Below are positions 1-13,110 of a stretch of DNA of 64,000 nt, piece by piece. The notes under the pieces are model-generated. The model saw only the letters and a program-made list of their open reading frames with translations. It was not told where the DNA came from and searched no databases. The DNA comes from Lama guanicoe. Lineage: Eukaryota. The stretch covers positions 2,356,001 to 2,420,000 of the forward strand of contig MU053758.1 in NCBI GenBank assembly GCA_013239625.1, read 5' to 3'. Position numbers and translations under genes: made by a program. Every line of letters begins with the position of its first letter. Position 1 is the first letter of the stretch.

Positions 1-1269
1 CAGTCAGGTTTGGCCCTAAATGTGTATATTCCTGTGCATTGGGTACACTGGTTTATTAGTGTTATTTCAGCATTGTGATGCAAAGAGAGTAAGTGTAACA
101 GCTGCTCCTTGCTTGCAGTGTTTATTGTTACCTAGAGACAACCTCCTGGCTTTTTCCCAGCTCCCCCTCCCCCGCCACCCAACCCCCTCCCTGCCAACAA
201 TCCTACTCTCCCCACACTGATGGGAAATTTATAGCTTGCCATACCATGCCTTTAACCCTCTCCTGTCCATAGGTATGTAGGTCAAGGGAAGCCAAAGGGA
301 GCAGTCGGCATGCCTGAGCCCCAGCACGGTAGAATAGTGTGTGGAGGAGAGAGGGAAGGAGGGAGGGAGGGAGGGAGTACACCTCCTCTCCCCAGTCTGT
401 GTCCAGACTCAGGCCCCAGTTTCCCTCCTGGCTCTCATGTTGAGAGAAAAGAGCTTTGGACCTAGTTTGGGGATCCTAGGATCCTCCACACAGGACTATT
501 CTCTTGGTATCTCTAAGCCCCCTAGTTGGGCTGGCTGGTCCTGAGCAAATACAGCAAGGTATACTGAGACAGAAGGAATAAATACAGAGTGGCAGAAGCT
601 CCAGACTCCTCCTTTCTATAGAGATGTCACATTGAGGCAAACAAGAGGCTCTGGTGTGAAGGATGCTGGCCAGACCTCCACAGCTGGGTAGATGTCAAAC
701 ATGAAGCCCGCTGCTGAGCCTGGTGAGGTAACTTACCCACCTTAACTTCACCCTGAGCCCAGCACTAACCTCCTGAGAGGGTCCCGGGCCGTCCTCCAAG
801 CTGGTCTCCTTGGTCTGGTTAGGCTTCTCCCTCTACTTTTCTTCTCGGTCCCTTTTCACCTCATCTTTTGGTTTGAAACCATGGGGGCCAAACCAAGAAA
901 CCAAGGGGACTGAGGCCTCAACAGTCCTGGGGAAAGAGAAGCTCCTCTATCCCCTCCTGACCCAGGACCTTTCATGGAGGGGCACCATGTCACACATCCA
1001 CCATCCCCACTGGAAACAAGAGAGGAAAAGGGATTGGATTTTAGCAGAAAGGATATAGGTTAGACATATGGAAAAACTTACTCGTGGGATATAAGACCTC
1101 AGAATGGACTTACTTCTCTTTAGAGATTTTTCTTCTGCCTGGGATGGGTGTAAGTCTGTGTCTACCCAAGCAGCATCGGGAGAACAGGGTTACTTTTCTG
1201 GGGCTCCTGCAGATGTGGGCCTCAGTGCAGTTTCCACGCAGCGCACCCCTCCTCAGTTCTTCTAAATGT

Positions 1270-1505
1270 AGTATGTGTGGTGATTAGACTAAGTTTTGGA
1301 GGCAGGCAGCCTTGAGTTTTAATGTCAGGGCTGCCATTTACCAGCTATGCTACCTTGGTATGTCACTTAACCTCTTTTAACCCTACTTTCCTTGTCTGTG
1401 AAATGCAGATAAACAATTTTTTAAGGTGGTGAAGAGAATTTAGTGAAATAATGTATGTAAAGTACCTAGGACGGTGCCTGATACTGACTGCATACTCAGT
1501 CAACA
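1270..1505 (+). mobile_element. MIR SINE remnant
   Basis: Follows the MIR consensus order: ...tcacttaacctc...ttccttgtctgtgaaatg...ataatgtatgtaaagtacctagg...gtgcctg. Boundaries are approximate. Confidence 0.75.
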
Positions 1506-2309
1506 GTGGTTGATACAACAGAGTCTATTACTTTTATGGAGTCCCCAGGGCTGACATTGCTTCAAAGACTCCATGAGCCACCTGGAATTATAGGCCAAAT
1601 GTGTGTATATGTATTTCCTGGGGAGAATGTCCATAGTTTTGTTGATGATTTGAAGCAGGCAGTCTCCTGGAAAGAAAAGAGCCCCAATCCTTTGACTCAG
1701 ACTCCCCAAGAAGTCAGTTCCCCCATTCCTGTGCCTCAAGCTAGGAGCTCCTTAGGCATGTTCTGCCCGGAAGCACAGCTTCATCTAGGATTAAGCCATG
1801 TAGCCATTAAGATAGCAACACAGAGCACTTGCCAGGCATGTTATAGTTTGTCAAGTACATTTACCTGCATTAGGTCTATTAATACGCAGAACATCCCAGT
1901 AAAGTGAAGAGAACTACCATTTAGTGAATGCCAGGCATTGTGCTGGGTGTATTTTTTTAAAGTATGTTTAAAGTCTATAGAGTATTTCATAACCTATATA
2001 TGCCATGATTTATAAAGTGTATCCACTTTTTAATAATTTAGATATGTTTACTGTTATAAGTAATACGACAGTGATCATCCTAACACATGAAACTTCATGC
2101 ATTTTTTTATAATAAGTTCCAAGAAGTGGAATTATTGGGTCAGCCAATACAGATATCCCTCCTCCCTATAGTTATGATCATTTTATTGATGTACCATAAT
2201 AAGAATAATATTTTTTAATACTCTTCTTTGGAATTCTTCAATGGAAACACAAGGGCAGCCCCTTCTCTTTCCTATACCCAGCCGAGACATTAATAATCTA
2301 TCATAGGCT

Positions 2310-2895
2310 TTTTTTAAAAAAAAAAAACTAAGGTAATTGTAGATTCACATGCAGTTATAAGAAGTAATACAGAGAGACCCCTTGTACATTTTGCCCACTT
2401 TCACCCAATAGTAACATTTAAAAAAACTATAGTATAACATCACAACCAGAATACTGACATTGATTATCTACCAGTCTTAGTCATATTTCCCCAGTTTTAC
2501 CTGTGTTTGTGTGTGTGTGCGCATGTGTGTGTGTATTAAGTTCTATGCAATTTTATTACCATGTGAATTCTTATCTCTACCACTACAGTCAAGATACTGA
2601 ACAGTTCCAACACCACAAGGATTCTTCATGTTGCCCTTTTATAATCACACCTACCTCACCCTCTTCTTAACCCTTGGCAGCCACTATTCTATCCTCCACT
2701 TCTAAAACTTTGTCATTTCAAAAACGAAGTCATGTACTATGTTACCTTTTAGGATTGAATTCTTTCACTCAGCATAATTCTCTGGAGACACATCTAAGTT
2801 TTTGTATGTATCAGTAGTTTGTTCCTTTTATGTGTTTCATGATATGGATGTACCACTATCACAGTTTAACCATTCACCTATTAAAGAACAGTTTG
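2310..2895 (-). mobile_element. Old L1 (L1M-type) 3' end fragment
   Basis: Contains segments typical of antisense L1M 3'UTRs, such as gattcacatgcagttataaga, cccttggcagccactattctat, tttcactcagcataattctctggaga and cagtttaaccattcacctatt. Subfamily not determined. Confidence 0.7.
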
Positions 2896-4509
2896 TGTTC
2901 TCACTTTCTACTCACTAGCAATTAATGAAATAGCTTATTTTACTTGGTGTGCTGAGTGTTGTTTTATATCACAAATATTAAGTTTATTAAACCTTCAGGC
3001 ATGACTATCACCTATTATTATTTCCATTTCGTAGATGGGGAAAATTAAGGCTCATAGTAAATGACTTTCCCACAATCACATGCTGTGGCAAAGAAGTACT
3101 TAGAACCCAAGACAGTAGGCTTTCTCAGTCTTTGACTAAGGTTGCTGGAAAGAGGGTGTGGGCAGAACCAGAAGAGAAATGTTGGAGGCAGGAAGAACAT
3201 TGGAGCAGCCTGGGTCAGTTCGGGTCTTCATAGCTAACTTTCGTTCATAGGTTAGAAGAACAGTGCCATGGAGCAGGGGACAATAATGGCTTGTGCCCTG
3301 GAAATTGTTTCCCCTTTGCCAGAGAAGAACAAGGCTGAAGTGGATGGAGCCCATGAACAATCTGCCCACAGACTTGGGACCTGGAAAAGGGAGGACCCAG
3401 CCTTTGGGTATCTTATCAGAGCATAAGTGGTCAAAGCTCTCCTTGGAAATTTGAAGTTGAATGTATCTCTGATGACGTCTGAGGAAACTGAGGCTCATGA
3501 CAACAAGTGAGCTCTTTATTCCGGAGGTTGGGGGTGTGGGTAATGAAGATACAGCATTAAAATTTTTTTTTGATAGTTGTGGGGAACTCTAGGCCATTTA
3601 CACACACGCACACACACACACACAATCACACACACCCTTGGGTAGGCTCAGTGTCTGGGACATGGTTATGAGGGAAAGCAGAGTGGAAGCAAAAATGCCA
3701 ATCCATGCTTAGTCCTGACTTTATCATTGCTCTTTCTCTCCAAGTCATGGACAGCTAAGTCAGGAGGAGCTGGAGAAATCATTTGGTCTATCTCTCAGCC
3801 TCTGGGCACTAGTAGAAGCTGACAGGTGGAAACCTAGAGTCGGCCCAAGTGTGATGAATGGCAGAGATGCCAGCTTGCAGGAGAGAAGGTTTGGCTTTTC
3901 TCCTGGGAGCTATGTCTGGCCAAAGGCTGCCTCCTCCCACCTCCTGCTGGAACCGAATTTTTTACAGTTGATGTTACCATTGCTCCCTTGGTCTGTTCCA
4001 GTGGTTATGGACTTATAGCTTTCCCTGTCTACTTACAGCTCCAGAACCAGGCTGAGGGCACGTATCACTTTCCTCCATCTCCCTTGGCCCATCAGGAATG
4101 GCACAACTTCTTCCAGTGGTGCCCTCCATCCTTCCCAGTAATTCCAGCCATGGGAGATAAATGCTAAGGGCTTCAGGATTTATAGGGACTACATTGCATT
4201 GTTGAAACAACCAGAGATACCCAGTATGAACCTCTGTCTTTTGATTGGAGGTTCTTAGGGAAAAGTAGGCCACTCTTTACTGGCTCTTATCCTCACTGAA
4301 ATTTCCTGACTGTCAGAGGTCCTGAACGTGGAGATAGCTCCTTTCCCTTTAAGCCAAGATGGCTCCTAACCAGGAAACCTCAGGATCCCTGCTTATTCCC
4401 TTTCCTTGACTGCCCCTCTACTCCAGGTACCCTCCTCTCCTGCCACCACTCCTTTCCCATTCCTCCTTTCTCTTTCTCTATCCATCTTTCTCCCTCTCTC
4501 TCTCTCAGC

Positions 4510-5090
4510 AAGTTTTTTATGTGATTACAGGCACTGCATGGTAATTAGTGCTAAACTCATTTGCACAACTACAGTTAATTGGCTACAACAATTAATTAAT
4601 GTGTTGGAAATTTGGCACTGGAAAAAAAAGTTTGTCATCAAAAAAAGGGCAAAAATTGTAGAATGAGATACCCATAAAAATCGAGGGCAGGCTTCAAAAG
4701 CCCAGCTGGGCCTCAAACTTCAAGCTGGCCTCAGATGCCTTCTCACTCTCAACTTCAACACATTTTCCTGTTTCCTCTTTCATTTTTTCCTTCTTCTTTT
4801 CTCTATTTCTTTTCTTGCTCTCTCTCTCCTTTTCTTTTTCTTTTTTTTTTTTTTACAACTTAAGCAAACTCATTTCCCTGATAAAATATAGCATGACTAA
4901 TGGCTAGAGCATGTAAAAATCATTGGGAAAATGTCCTTGGAAGACGAATGCATTTTCAGCAGAATAATTAACTTAATTAACAAATTCACATGCATATTCA
5001 TCAGGCTATTAATGTCTTCTCGGCTCAGCTTGATGAACATTGCGGTAATAACCATCTCATTTACATACTGCATTCTACTGCGATCCAAAA
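4510..5090. promoter_or_regulatory. Two AT-rich, repeat-free blocks resembling conserved non-coding enhancers (about 4510-4620 and 4860-5090)
   Basis: Dense TAATTA/TTAATTAA homeodomain cores and POU-like ATTTGCAC, ATGCATATT and ATTTACAT. No ORF and no repeat signature. Conservation is inferred, not measured. Confidence 0.5.
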
Positions 5091-5187
5091 CAGAGACAAC
5101 ATACAGGCGTATACACACACACACACATACACTTGCACCAACACACACAACATGCCTCGGCCGCTTTGACTTCCAGGTTGTCTGGGA

Positions 5188-5214
5188 GTGTGTGTGTGTG
5201 TGTGTGTGTGTGTG
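5188..5214. repeat. (GT)n microsatellite, 27 nt
   Basis: Direct read: gtgtgtgtgtgtgtgtgtgtgtgtgtg. Confidence 0.95.
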
Positions 5215-6315
5215 AGGAGGTGAGAGGGTGAGAACCCTGACTGGGTGGCGTGATCTTTAGAGGGTCATGAGTGACACGGGCTAACTATGCCCACATGTAA
5301 ATGTCTGAGAGAACTTTAATTCTTTCTCTCAGTCACTCACACTCAGTCTGTCTCTTTTTTCCTTGTTTCCTTTTCTCTGTGTCATTTTCTTCCTTCTTCT
5401 CTATCTACCCACCCCCCACCCGCCCCAACCATGTCTCTCTAGGGAAAAACTTGGTATCTGTGCCAACTTTTTCCACCCTCCCCTCCTCCCTCTCTCTCCT
5501 CCTTCCCCTCTCCCAACTGCTGCCAGCCGGCATCAGCGCCGAATTGCCATCTCCTTGAGCTCTCTGTGGAGCAATCTCAGAGAGCAGTAAGGTGTGACGC
5601 GGGGCTCTGCCGGCTTCGCAGCACCGCCTGCGGAAAGAGCGCAGGATGGCGGAGGAAGATTAAGAGAAATCGCGAGCAGGGCTCGGCTGCCATTGGTGTG
5701 TGCAAACGCCGAGGAGGAAGGGAGAGGGAGGGGGGGGGTAGAAAGGGAGGGGGGAAACCGGCAGCTGTCGGCCTAATTCTTCTAACACTCTGCTTGTGGT
5801 CATATTAGAAAAACAGATTATGCCCCTCGGTGCCACTCACTTATACTTGACATACGTTAATGTTCTATATCTCCATTCTCGGGGCTTGACGACAGTGGAC
5901 TTCAGATCTAGAAGGATGGGGATCTGGGTGGCCAACGGGCAAAAGACCTTGCCTCCTCATTCTTCCTGACTTCCAACCCCAGTCTGTACTTGCCCTTTAG
6001 AAAGGAAGCCTAGGCCAAGAATTTGCATCTGGGTGCCACCACTTGTCCCTGATTTTTTCAGCCCTTTAGGGGATGCAGAGGTCAGAGGACACCTGGAAGC
6101 CCTTTCCCTAAAATCACTCCCCCCTTTAGAGTCATAACAGGTCACTTTAGAGCCAAGTGAGACCGGCTTTGTGTCACCCCCACCCCTTGTCTTTCTAAGG
6201 GCCCTCTCCCTCGAATCAGAAGTTGGAGGTCAGAGAAATGAGTCTATGAAAGTTGGTTCTCCGTCAGGGGGTTACATAGAAGCCATAAGCAAAACAAGGC
6301 CAGGATTGTTTCTGG

Positions 6316-6329
6316 GTTGCTATGGAAAC
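6316..6329. promoter_or_regulatory. RFX X-box motif
   Basis: GTTGCTATGGAAAC compared with the consensus GTTGCCATGGCAAC. Confidence 0.55.
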
Positions 6330-6580
6330 CAGATTCCCTCCTCCTGGCTGGAAGGGAGGAGTGCCTGAGGCCTTCCTCCTTCCACCAATCCTGAAGGGTA
6401 TAAAGGCGGAGTTTGCTAAGGCCTGGGGAGTGGGGCTGGTCTTGGAGGACCAACCAACCATTCCCTGGAAGCCCCACCTGCCAGTCTATAGCCCTTTGAC
6501 CCCCACCTTCCCTACCCTCACCCCAATATTCAGTCAAAGGAGGCTTTTTCCTCTAGGTGCCTTGTCCTCTATGGAGACCT

Positions 6581-6593
6581 GTTGCTTAGCAAC
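6581..6593. promoter_or_regulatory. Palindromic RFX X-box motif
   Basis: GTTGCT-T-AGCAAC, with perfect inverted half-sites. Confidence 0.55.
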
Positions 6594-8379
6594 CACTAGT
6601 GCCTTTTTCCTAATAACTCACAGGGACTGAGAGATACAATATCTGTCTCTATATTCAGTTTCCCTCCCTTGTCTATTTATATTTAATAGCTGAAGCCCTG
6701 TCTTGGGTTCCCTTGGCATATGTTTTAGAGTGAACAAGCTGCATCCTTATAAAGTCACACCTGAGAAAGAACTTCCAAAGAGGGAAGAGAGGGAGAAAAG
6801 ATGAGTAGGTTGGGGAACTGTGGAATCATATTCTCTTAAGTATAGATAGAGGGGGAAAAAATAGTATTTAGAACTGGGAATGTGGGGAGGGGCTGTCCAC
6901 AGGGATTCCCAAAGATACTCTCAGGACCTGGAATAGATGCTTCCTGGGCCGGCATTTTCTGCTCCCCGCACCCTGCCCTGCCCCTCCTTCCTGACCACTT
7001 CCAGCCTAGAGCTCTCTCATATTTCTATATGTGGGAGACCCATCCCTCTAGGGATGTCCAGTTTTCTAATGTCTGGATGTTGGTAGCTAGGAGTGGGGTG
7101 CTGTGTGTCCAACAAGGCCTGGGTATCCCGAAGTTTTCCCTTCACAGGGAAGGAATTCTTCTGAGCTCTCTACTGAAAAACCCCAGACTTGACCTGGCAG
7201 TGGAGACAGTACAATAATCACCAAAAATGAGGAGCAAGGAAGGCCCAAGGGTAGCCTAATGGCGGCATGTAGTCAGGAGGCCTGGGTTGTGGCCCCCTCT
7301 CCTTACTCTCTTGTGATCCAAGTTATTTACTTAATCTTTTAAGCCCCTTGTTGCTTTATCTGTGGGTCAAGAATAATAATAAATAATGTTCACCTCCCTG
7401 GACTTGAGCAGGATCAGTTAAAGTAATACGTGAAAGGAAAACACCCTGGAAGCTATTACATTTAACTAAAATATTATTTTAAGGTCTGGCAAAGGTCTGA
7501 CTGCTGGGAAGAGGGAGGCATCATGAATCCAGCCCGGCCCTGGGCTTACGAAGGCCATTAGTTTGTTGGCTAGAGTGGTGTGATTCCCCTCTGGTCGCTG
7601 GGGTAGGGAGCTTTAAATCAAAATCAAACACAAAGCTGTCTAGGGAGAGTAGCATGTGGTATCCCTATTCTCCCCACCTCCATTCTTAACCTCTGACCTC
7701 TAGTTCTCCCTGCCGAAGCTCCGTGCTGACCCTCCACCCTTCTCCCCAGTCAGCACCTTCACTGCTGTTGTGCTAGCTCACAGACTACAGTTTCACCCTC
7801 TATACCTCCCTTCTGGGCACCTCCTCCAACCCGAGCCTTCTGTGGGAGACAGATGGGGTGTCTGCAATGGAAAAGGCTCTGGGCTCTACGCCGCCTTGGG
7901 TAGGCAGCCCCCCTCCTCATCTCCCCACTACTCCCTCTCCCTACCTAAGACACTCAGATTCACCCCAGGCAGCTTTGGTAACTGCTGAGGATTCCAACTC
8001 TCTTCCCTTCTCAGACACAGCCCCAGAATCAGAGCCAGAATGGCATCTTTCTTTGAGACCTAGATCTCAGTCCCTCTTCATGGAAGACCAACGCAAAGGA
8101 AGAAGTAGGTTGCGGGATGTTAGGGCTCTGTGTATAGGGACTGATGTGGAGAGGGAGGGAGAGGCCCCCGAGTCCCTCACTGAGGACTGGATGGCTGGGT
8201 TTTAGGGCCTGAGTTGACAGAGGAGGCTGAGCCTAGGCAGTTCCTTTGTTCCAGAAATCTGAGGTCCCTGGAGGGAGGCTCAGCTTAGGGAGGAGGGAAA
8301 GGGAGCTAACATTACAGAGCACCAACTGTGATCCAGGCATAATGCCAGAGCCTTTCCATACCTGTACTCATAACTAGCA

Positions 8380-8790
8380 GGTGAAGAGTCAGGGCAAATA
8401 GGTCTTTCATGAGCTCTCAGCATCTCACGACACAGTTGACCACCTCCTTCTTTGACTCTGTGATGTCACTGCCAATTCTCCTACCACTCTGGCTGCTCTT
8501 TCTCTGTTTCCTCTGCAAGCTCATCCTCAATTCCTTAGACTCAGCCAAGTCCCCCAGTTATATACTTTCATGATACTATATATCCTTTTTTCATAGCATT
8601 TAGCACAGTTATTTCATACTTATTTGTGCAATCATTTGAATAATGATCCTGTTTCCTCCCACCAGATGAAAAGTTCCACAAGGATTGTAACCATGTCTAT
8701 CGGTGTTGACCACTGTGCTCCCAGTGCCCAGCACAGTGCCTAGCATAAAACAGCTGTTTCGTAAATATTTGTTGATAAATGAATAAATGA
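8380..8790 (+). mobile_element. L2 LINE 3' fragment
   Basis: Ends with the typical L2 tail cccagtgcccagcacagtgcctagcat...taaatatttgttgataaatgaat. Confidence 0.7.
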
Positions 8791-11700
8791 CAAAAGGACA
8801 TCTCTCTGGCCTGAACTCAGCTTCTTAGCCACTCCCTACCACAGAGCTGACTCACCTGTAATACATGGACCAGGGAACAAGATGCCTGGGAGGCCAGGCC
8901 ACCTCGTTCTCCCTGGAAAAAGCTGTCAAGATAGGACTAGCCCAAGTCCCAGGATGTGGAGCCCCTGCCCCAGCCTACCCCTGCCTGTTGGCTCTCCAGC
9001 TCCTTCAGAGAATGAGAGAATTAAAAGTCCCAACATCTCCCCATATTGGGGCATAAAATCACCCGTGAGCTGGAAGGGAGGAGTTCCACTGGGGAAGGGT
9101 GCTCTGCATAAAACCACTCTTTTCTGTCTTAGCTGAGACTGCAGAGACCATCTGCTGCCAGCCCTCTGTTTGCTTCTGTCTTCTTCCCCTGGGCTTCAGG
9201 GAAAGGGATGGTTTGACCAAGTGGGAGGGATAGATGGTAAGAGCAGGACAGGTGGCTTTTTCCTTGAAACATCTTGGCTGGTGATGAGCCTCAGCCAGGT
9301 GATTGGAGTAGAGGAAACACAGGATCTAGCAGCCTCAAGTCCTTTGGAGATGAAATCTCTAGACCTTAGGAAGCAGGCGTAGACAAAATGACGTCTAGGA
9401 GGTGGCCAGCCTTCAGCCCAGGGCTTTATCTGACTTCTTTGCTGCCTTGCCATCTGACCTCAAACAATATTCTTGAGTTTTCAGGAAGTTAGAGTTAGGC
9501 CAGGCCCAGCAGCCCCTTGCTCTCCCTGGCCACTCCTCATTCTAGTCAACCACCCAGCCCAGAGCATCTTTCCCACCCAGCTCAAAGCCAATACCTAGTC
9601 CTTGTGATGGCTTCTCACCCAGTCCCCCTCAGCACCCGGGTACCCAGGGTTATGGATCTGGAAGCCATTCTAGGCATTGTTGCTCTCTCTGACCCCACCT
9701 GTTCTCTGGGCCCCTAATGAAGTATGACAGCTCAGGCTATGGACCAAGTCCTTGTGTCCTCATCAAAAGCAACATCTGTCCTCTCCAAGAAGATAACCCC
9801 GTGGAAAGGGATGGGTGAGACAGGCACAGGGTAGCAACCTCCATCCTGCCTGGGTCTTCACCCCAAATTCCACTGCGGGCACAGATTAAGAGTGAAGGCC
9901 AAGACAGCCACAGAGGCCTACACTCACACATACCCCCTGCACAGGCCTTCATGCCTCTGAGGCTCTAAAAATGAGGGCCCCTCCTTGACTCACCCAGCTA
10001 CCTGGGCTGCTGCTGCTGCCAAGCCAGCCTTCTTTTATTCATGCGTTGTTTTATTGCTGGCAAATGCTGCTGCTTGCCGCTGTTGGAGGCGTTCCTGCCA
10101 AATCCATCCCAACATCTTGGCCTGGCATCAGGGCAGCATGCTAATGTGGAAATTTAAAGAGCCGCTCGGCTTTAAATCTGAATTTTAAATGAGCAGCAGT
10201 GCTCCAGAGGGACCTGGGCAAAATCGAACAGTATCTGATCCACCCTTCCTATTCCCACTCCCCTAGCATCACCCCACTTCCTCCCACCTCTCCCCTTGAC
10301 TTGGACACCAGATGAGGGACACACTAGGGGAAGAAGGAATTAATGGAAGAGGGAGTCATCTAGGCCAGTAAGGAGCTGGAATCCCCCAGCTCAGGACCAA
10401 GAAGGGACCTACTGCTTGCTGTCGTGGGCAAATGGAGGCAGGGAACCTCTACACAAGGGAGCAGGGCTGGGGATGGTGAAACTGACTTTCCTACCTCACG
10501 TCCTATTCTACCAGGAAACAAGAGAAGGCCCAGAGCAGAGAAGAGGGAAGGCAGAATTCCATGAAGATACTTACATGCAACATACACTTGTGTACACTGG
10601 GATATGTGCACGCAGCTGTGCATGCAGGTCAGGATGCTTTCTGAGTCCCACTGTAGCATGTATACGTGCACCTTGTATATCACCCATATGTGGAGAAGAA
10701 TTATTCACATATGCAGCGCAGTCTTTCTTCCCATATATAGGCCACTGTCCTAACTAGAGCAAGCTGTTTTCTGTAAGTTGCTAGCCTGAACTGTGCCCCA
10801 GGCTTTTCCATGAATCCTAATGCACCAACATTCCCAAGCTCCTGGCAGCTAAATACCTTGAGTTAGCTGTGGTGGTGACAAAGCCCCACAGCAATTCTGC
10901 CAGGATAGGGTTAAGGGGCACCTGAGCTCATCCTATGTAACTGTCTTGGCTATAGTGTGGTGCCTTCTCTGGTGACCATCAGGTGACAGGCTCAGATATC
11001 ACATCTGGGAGAGGTGCTGGGCATAGACTTGGTTTTAAAGGGAAGAGGGGGGCTAATGGGAGGTGAGAGAGGCAGAATCTGTGTCTCTCTGTGGCTCCCT
11101 TTCCTCCTTACCTGTCTCCAGGAGACAGGTGGCCCCTCACTATCAGAAGACCTTTATTGAGTGCCTACCCTCAGGGAGACACTGTGCTTTGTTTAGCCCA
11201 GTGTCTCATAAGTTTCTGGACTAGGTTGGTGACAACCCCAGAATTTGGATGTGTTGTCCCCATTAGAGGATCCATAATAACTCCCATGGTAACCTCAACC
11301 TTATCCATGTTAGGCTACCAGGCTAAGGGATGCTTCCTGGCCTTCCCCAGGATTCCCCCTCCCTCAAAGAAGGAGCCATCTCCTCTGTGGGCTGGTGTGG
11401 CTGCCAGCCAAGAGGCTTGGGGCAGGCTTTGGGGCATGCAGCTGGCACCTGCCCACCAGATCCCCAAGGAGCACCCTCCTCCCTGACTCCATAGCCCCAT
11501 TCAGATGGCCCCTGGGCTACAGGGAGACAGAGCTCACTGCTCCCCATTCCCGAAGAAAGCCTCAAGCTGGAAAGCCCATCACCTCCCTTTCCACTGCAAC
11601 ATACTCCAAGATCCTCTACTCAGACTAGATATACTAAAGACCCACCAGGCACTTTTTCCAGGCAGGACTAAACACTTAATGCAGTAGGCATTGGGCTGGG

Positions 11701-12406
11701 GCTAGGGGAGGGGCCTTGAGGGGTGAAGCCTGGGCTGGAATTATGCGAGAAGTTGCTGAGGTCAAGAGATGGTTGAGGAAGAAGAACTCAATGGAAGTGA
11801 GATAGGACAGGGGAGCATGAAGGGAAGGGGCTGAGTGAATCTGCGTCTCTCATCTAATTAGCAGCATGCAAATAATATGCAAATAATCCCTCTTTGTTTA
11901 GAGACCACAGGGCCTGTGCTTTTTGAAAGTGGGCTACAGAGATGCCACCAGGCAGTGTCTCTGAGACCCTCAGATATGGGACACCCAGGCTCAAGAGCAA
12001 GGCCAGAGTGTGGTCATCTGGTCCCAGCTTATTCCCTGGATGGACTCTCTCTATGGGCCTCAATTTCCCTATATACGAAATGGCAGGACTGGACTGGATG
12101 ATTGCTAAGGCTTCTGTCCATTACTGACAGTCTAGGATTCTCTGATCTGAGGACCAATGCCAGCACAGGGCGGAGGGGTTGATTCCATTCTGGGCAGGAA
12201 GCTATTCTGTTTTCCTCTGTTTGGAATGCCCTTCTTGCTTTAGCCCCTCACTTGGCTAAGTTTTTCTCTAACTCCAGCAGCCTTACCTACCTTACCCTTC
12301 CACCCTCTGGGCATCCCTAGACACTGTTTACTTCTCTAATTTCCCACTAGACTATGAACTCCTAGAGGGCAGGTACTGGGTTTTGTTCAAGATGGAATCG
12401 CACGCT

Positions 12407-12850
12407 TGTATTAGTTTCCCCAGAGTGCTGTAACAAACTACCACAACCTTGGTGGCTTATAACTGAAATTTATTCTCTCACATTTCTAGAGGCCAGTAGG
12501 CCAACATCAGTTTCACTGGGCCAAAATCAAGATCTCAGCAGGACTGTACTCTCTCTGTATGCTCTAAGGGAGAATCTGTTCTTTCAGCTTTTAGTGGAGG
12601 CTTGCATTCCTTTGCTTGTGGCCACATCACTCCAAATTCTGCATCTGTCTTCACATTGCCTTCTACTCTTCTCTGTGTGTGTAGTCTACCCTTCCTCTCA
12701 TAATAACGCTTGTAGTGGCATTTAGAGCACACCCAGATGATCCAAGATAATCTATCTCAAGATTCTGAACTTAATCACATCTTCAAAGACCCTTTTTCCA
12801 GATAAGGAATATTTACAGGTTCCAGGGATTAGGATGTGGATGTATCTTTA
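12407..12850 (-). mobile_element. MaLR (MLT1-type) solo LTR
   Basis: Starts tgtattagtttcc...gctgtaacaaactaccaca...aaatttattctctcaca, the reverse complement of an MLT1 3' end. Continues with cttaatcacatct...aaagaccc...ttccagggattaggatgtgga. Confidence 0.8.
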
Positions 12851-12879
12851 GACGACAAAAAATAAGCAAAGACATCATT

Positions 12880-13110
12880 AAATTTACCATTTGTTAAGCA
12901 TTTACTATGTTCCAGATACCACACATACATTTTTCTTACTGCATTTAAGTCTCACAATAACGCTGAAAGGTAGATATTAATGCCTCTACTCTACAGATGA
13001 GGAAACTGAATGAGACTCAAGGAGGTTGTCCAAGCTTACATAGCTGATGAGTAACAGAGCAGGATTTAAAACCAGATGAGCTTGGCTAAAAAGCCAGCAT
13101 GATTTTTGCC
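12880..13110 (-). mobile_element. MIR SINE remnant
   Basis: Contains the MIR core tacagatgaggaaactga...ccaagcttacatagct...agagcaggatttaaaaccag. Confidence 0.7.

Noticed and set aside
5617..5642. Possible split RE1 (GCAGCACC...CGGAAAG)
   Set aside because: Both half-sites are degenerate and the spacing is non-canonical. Too weak to call.
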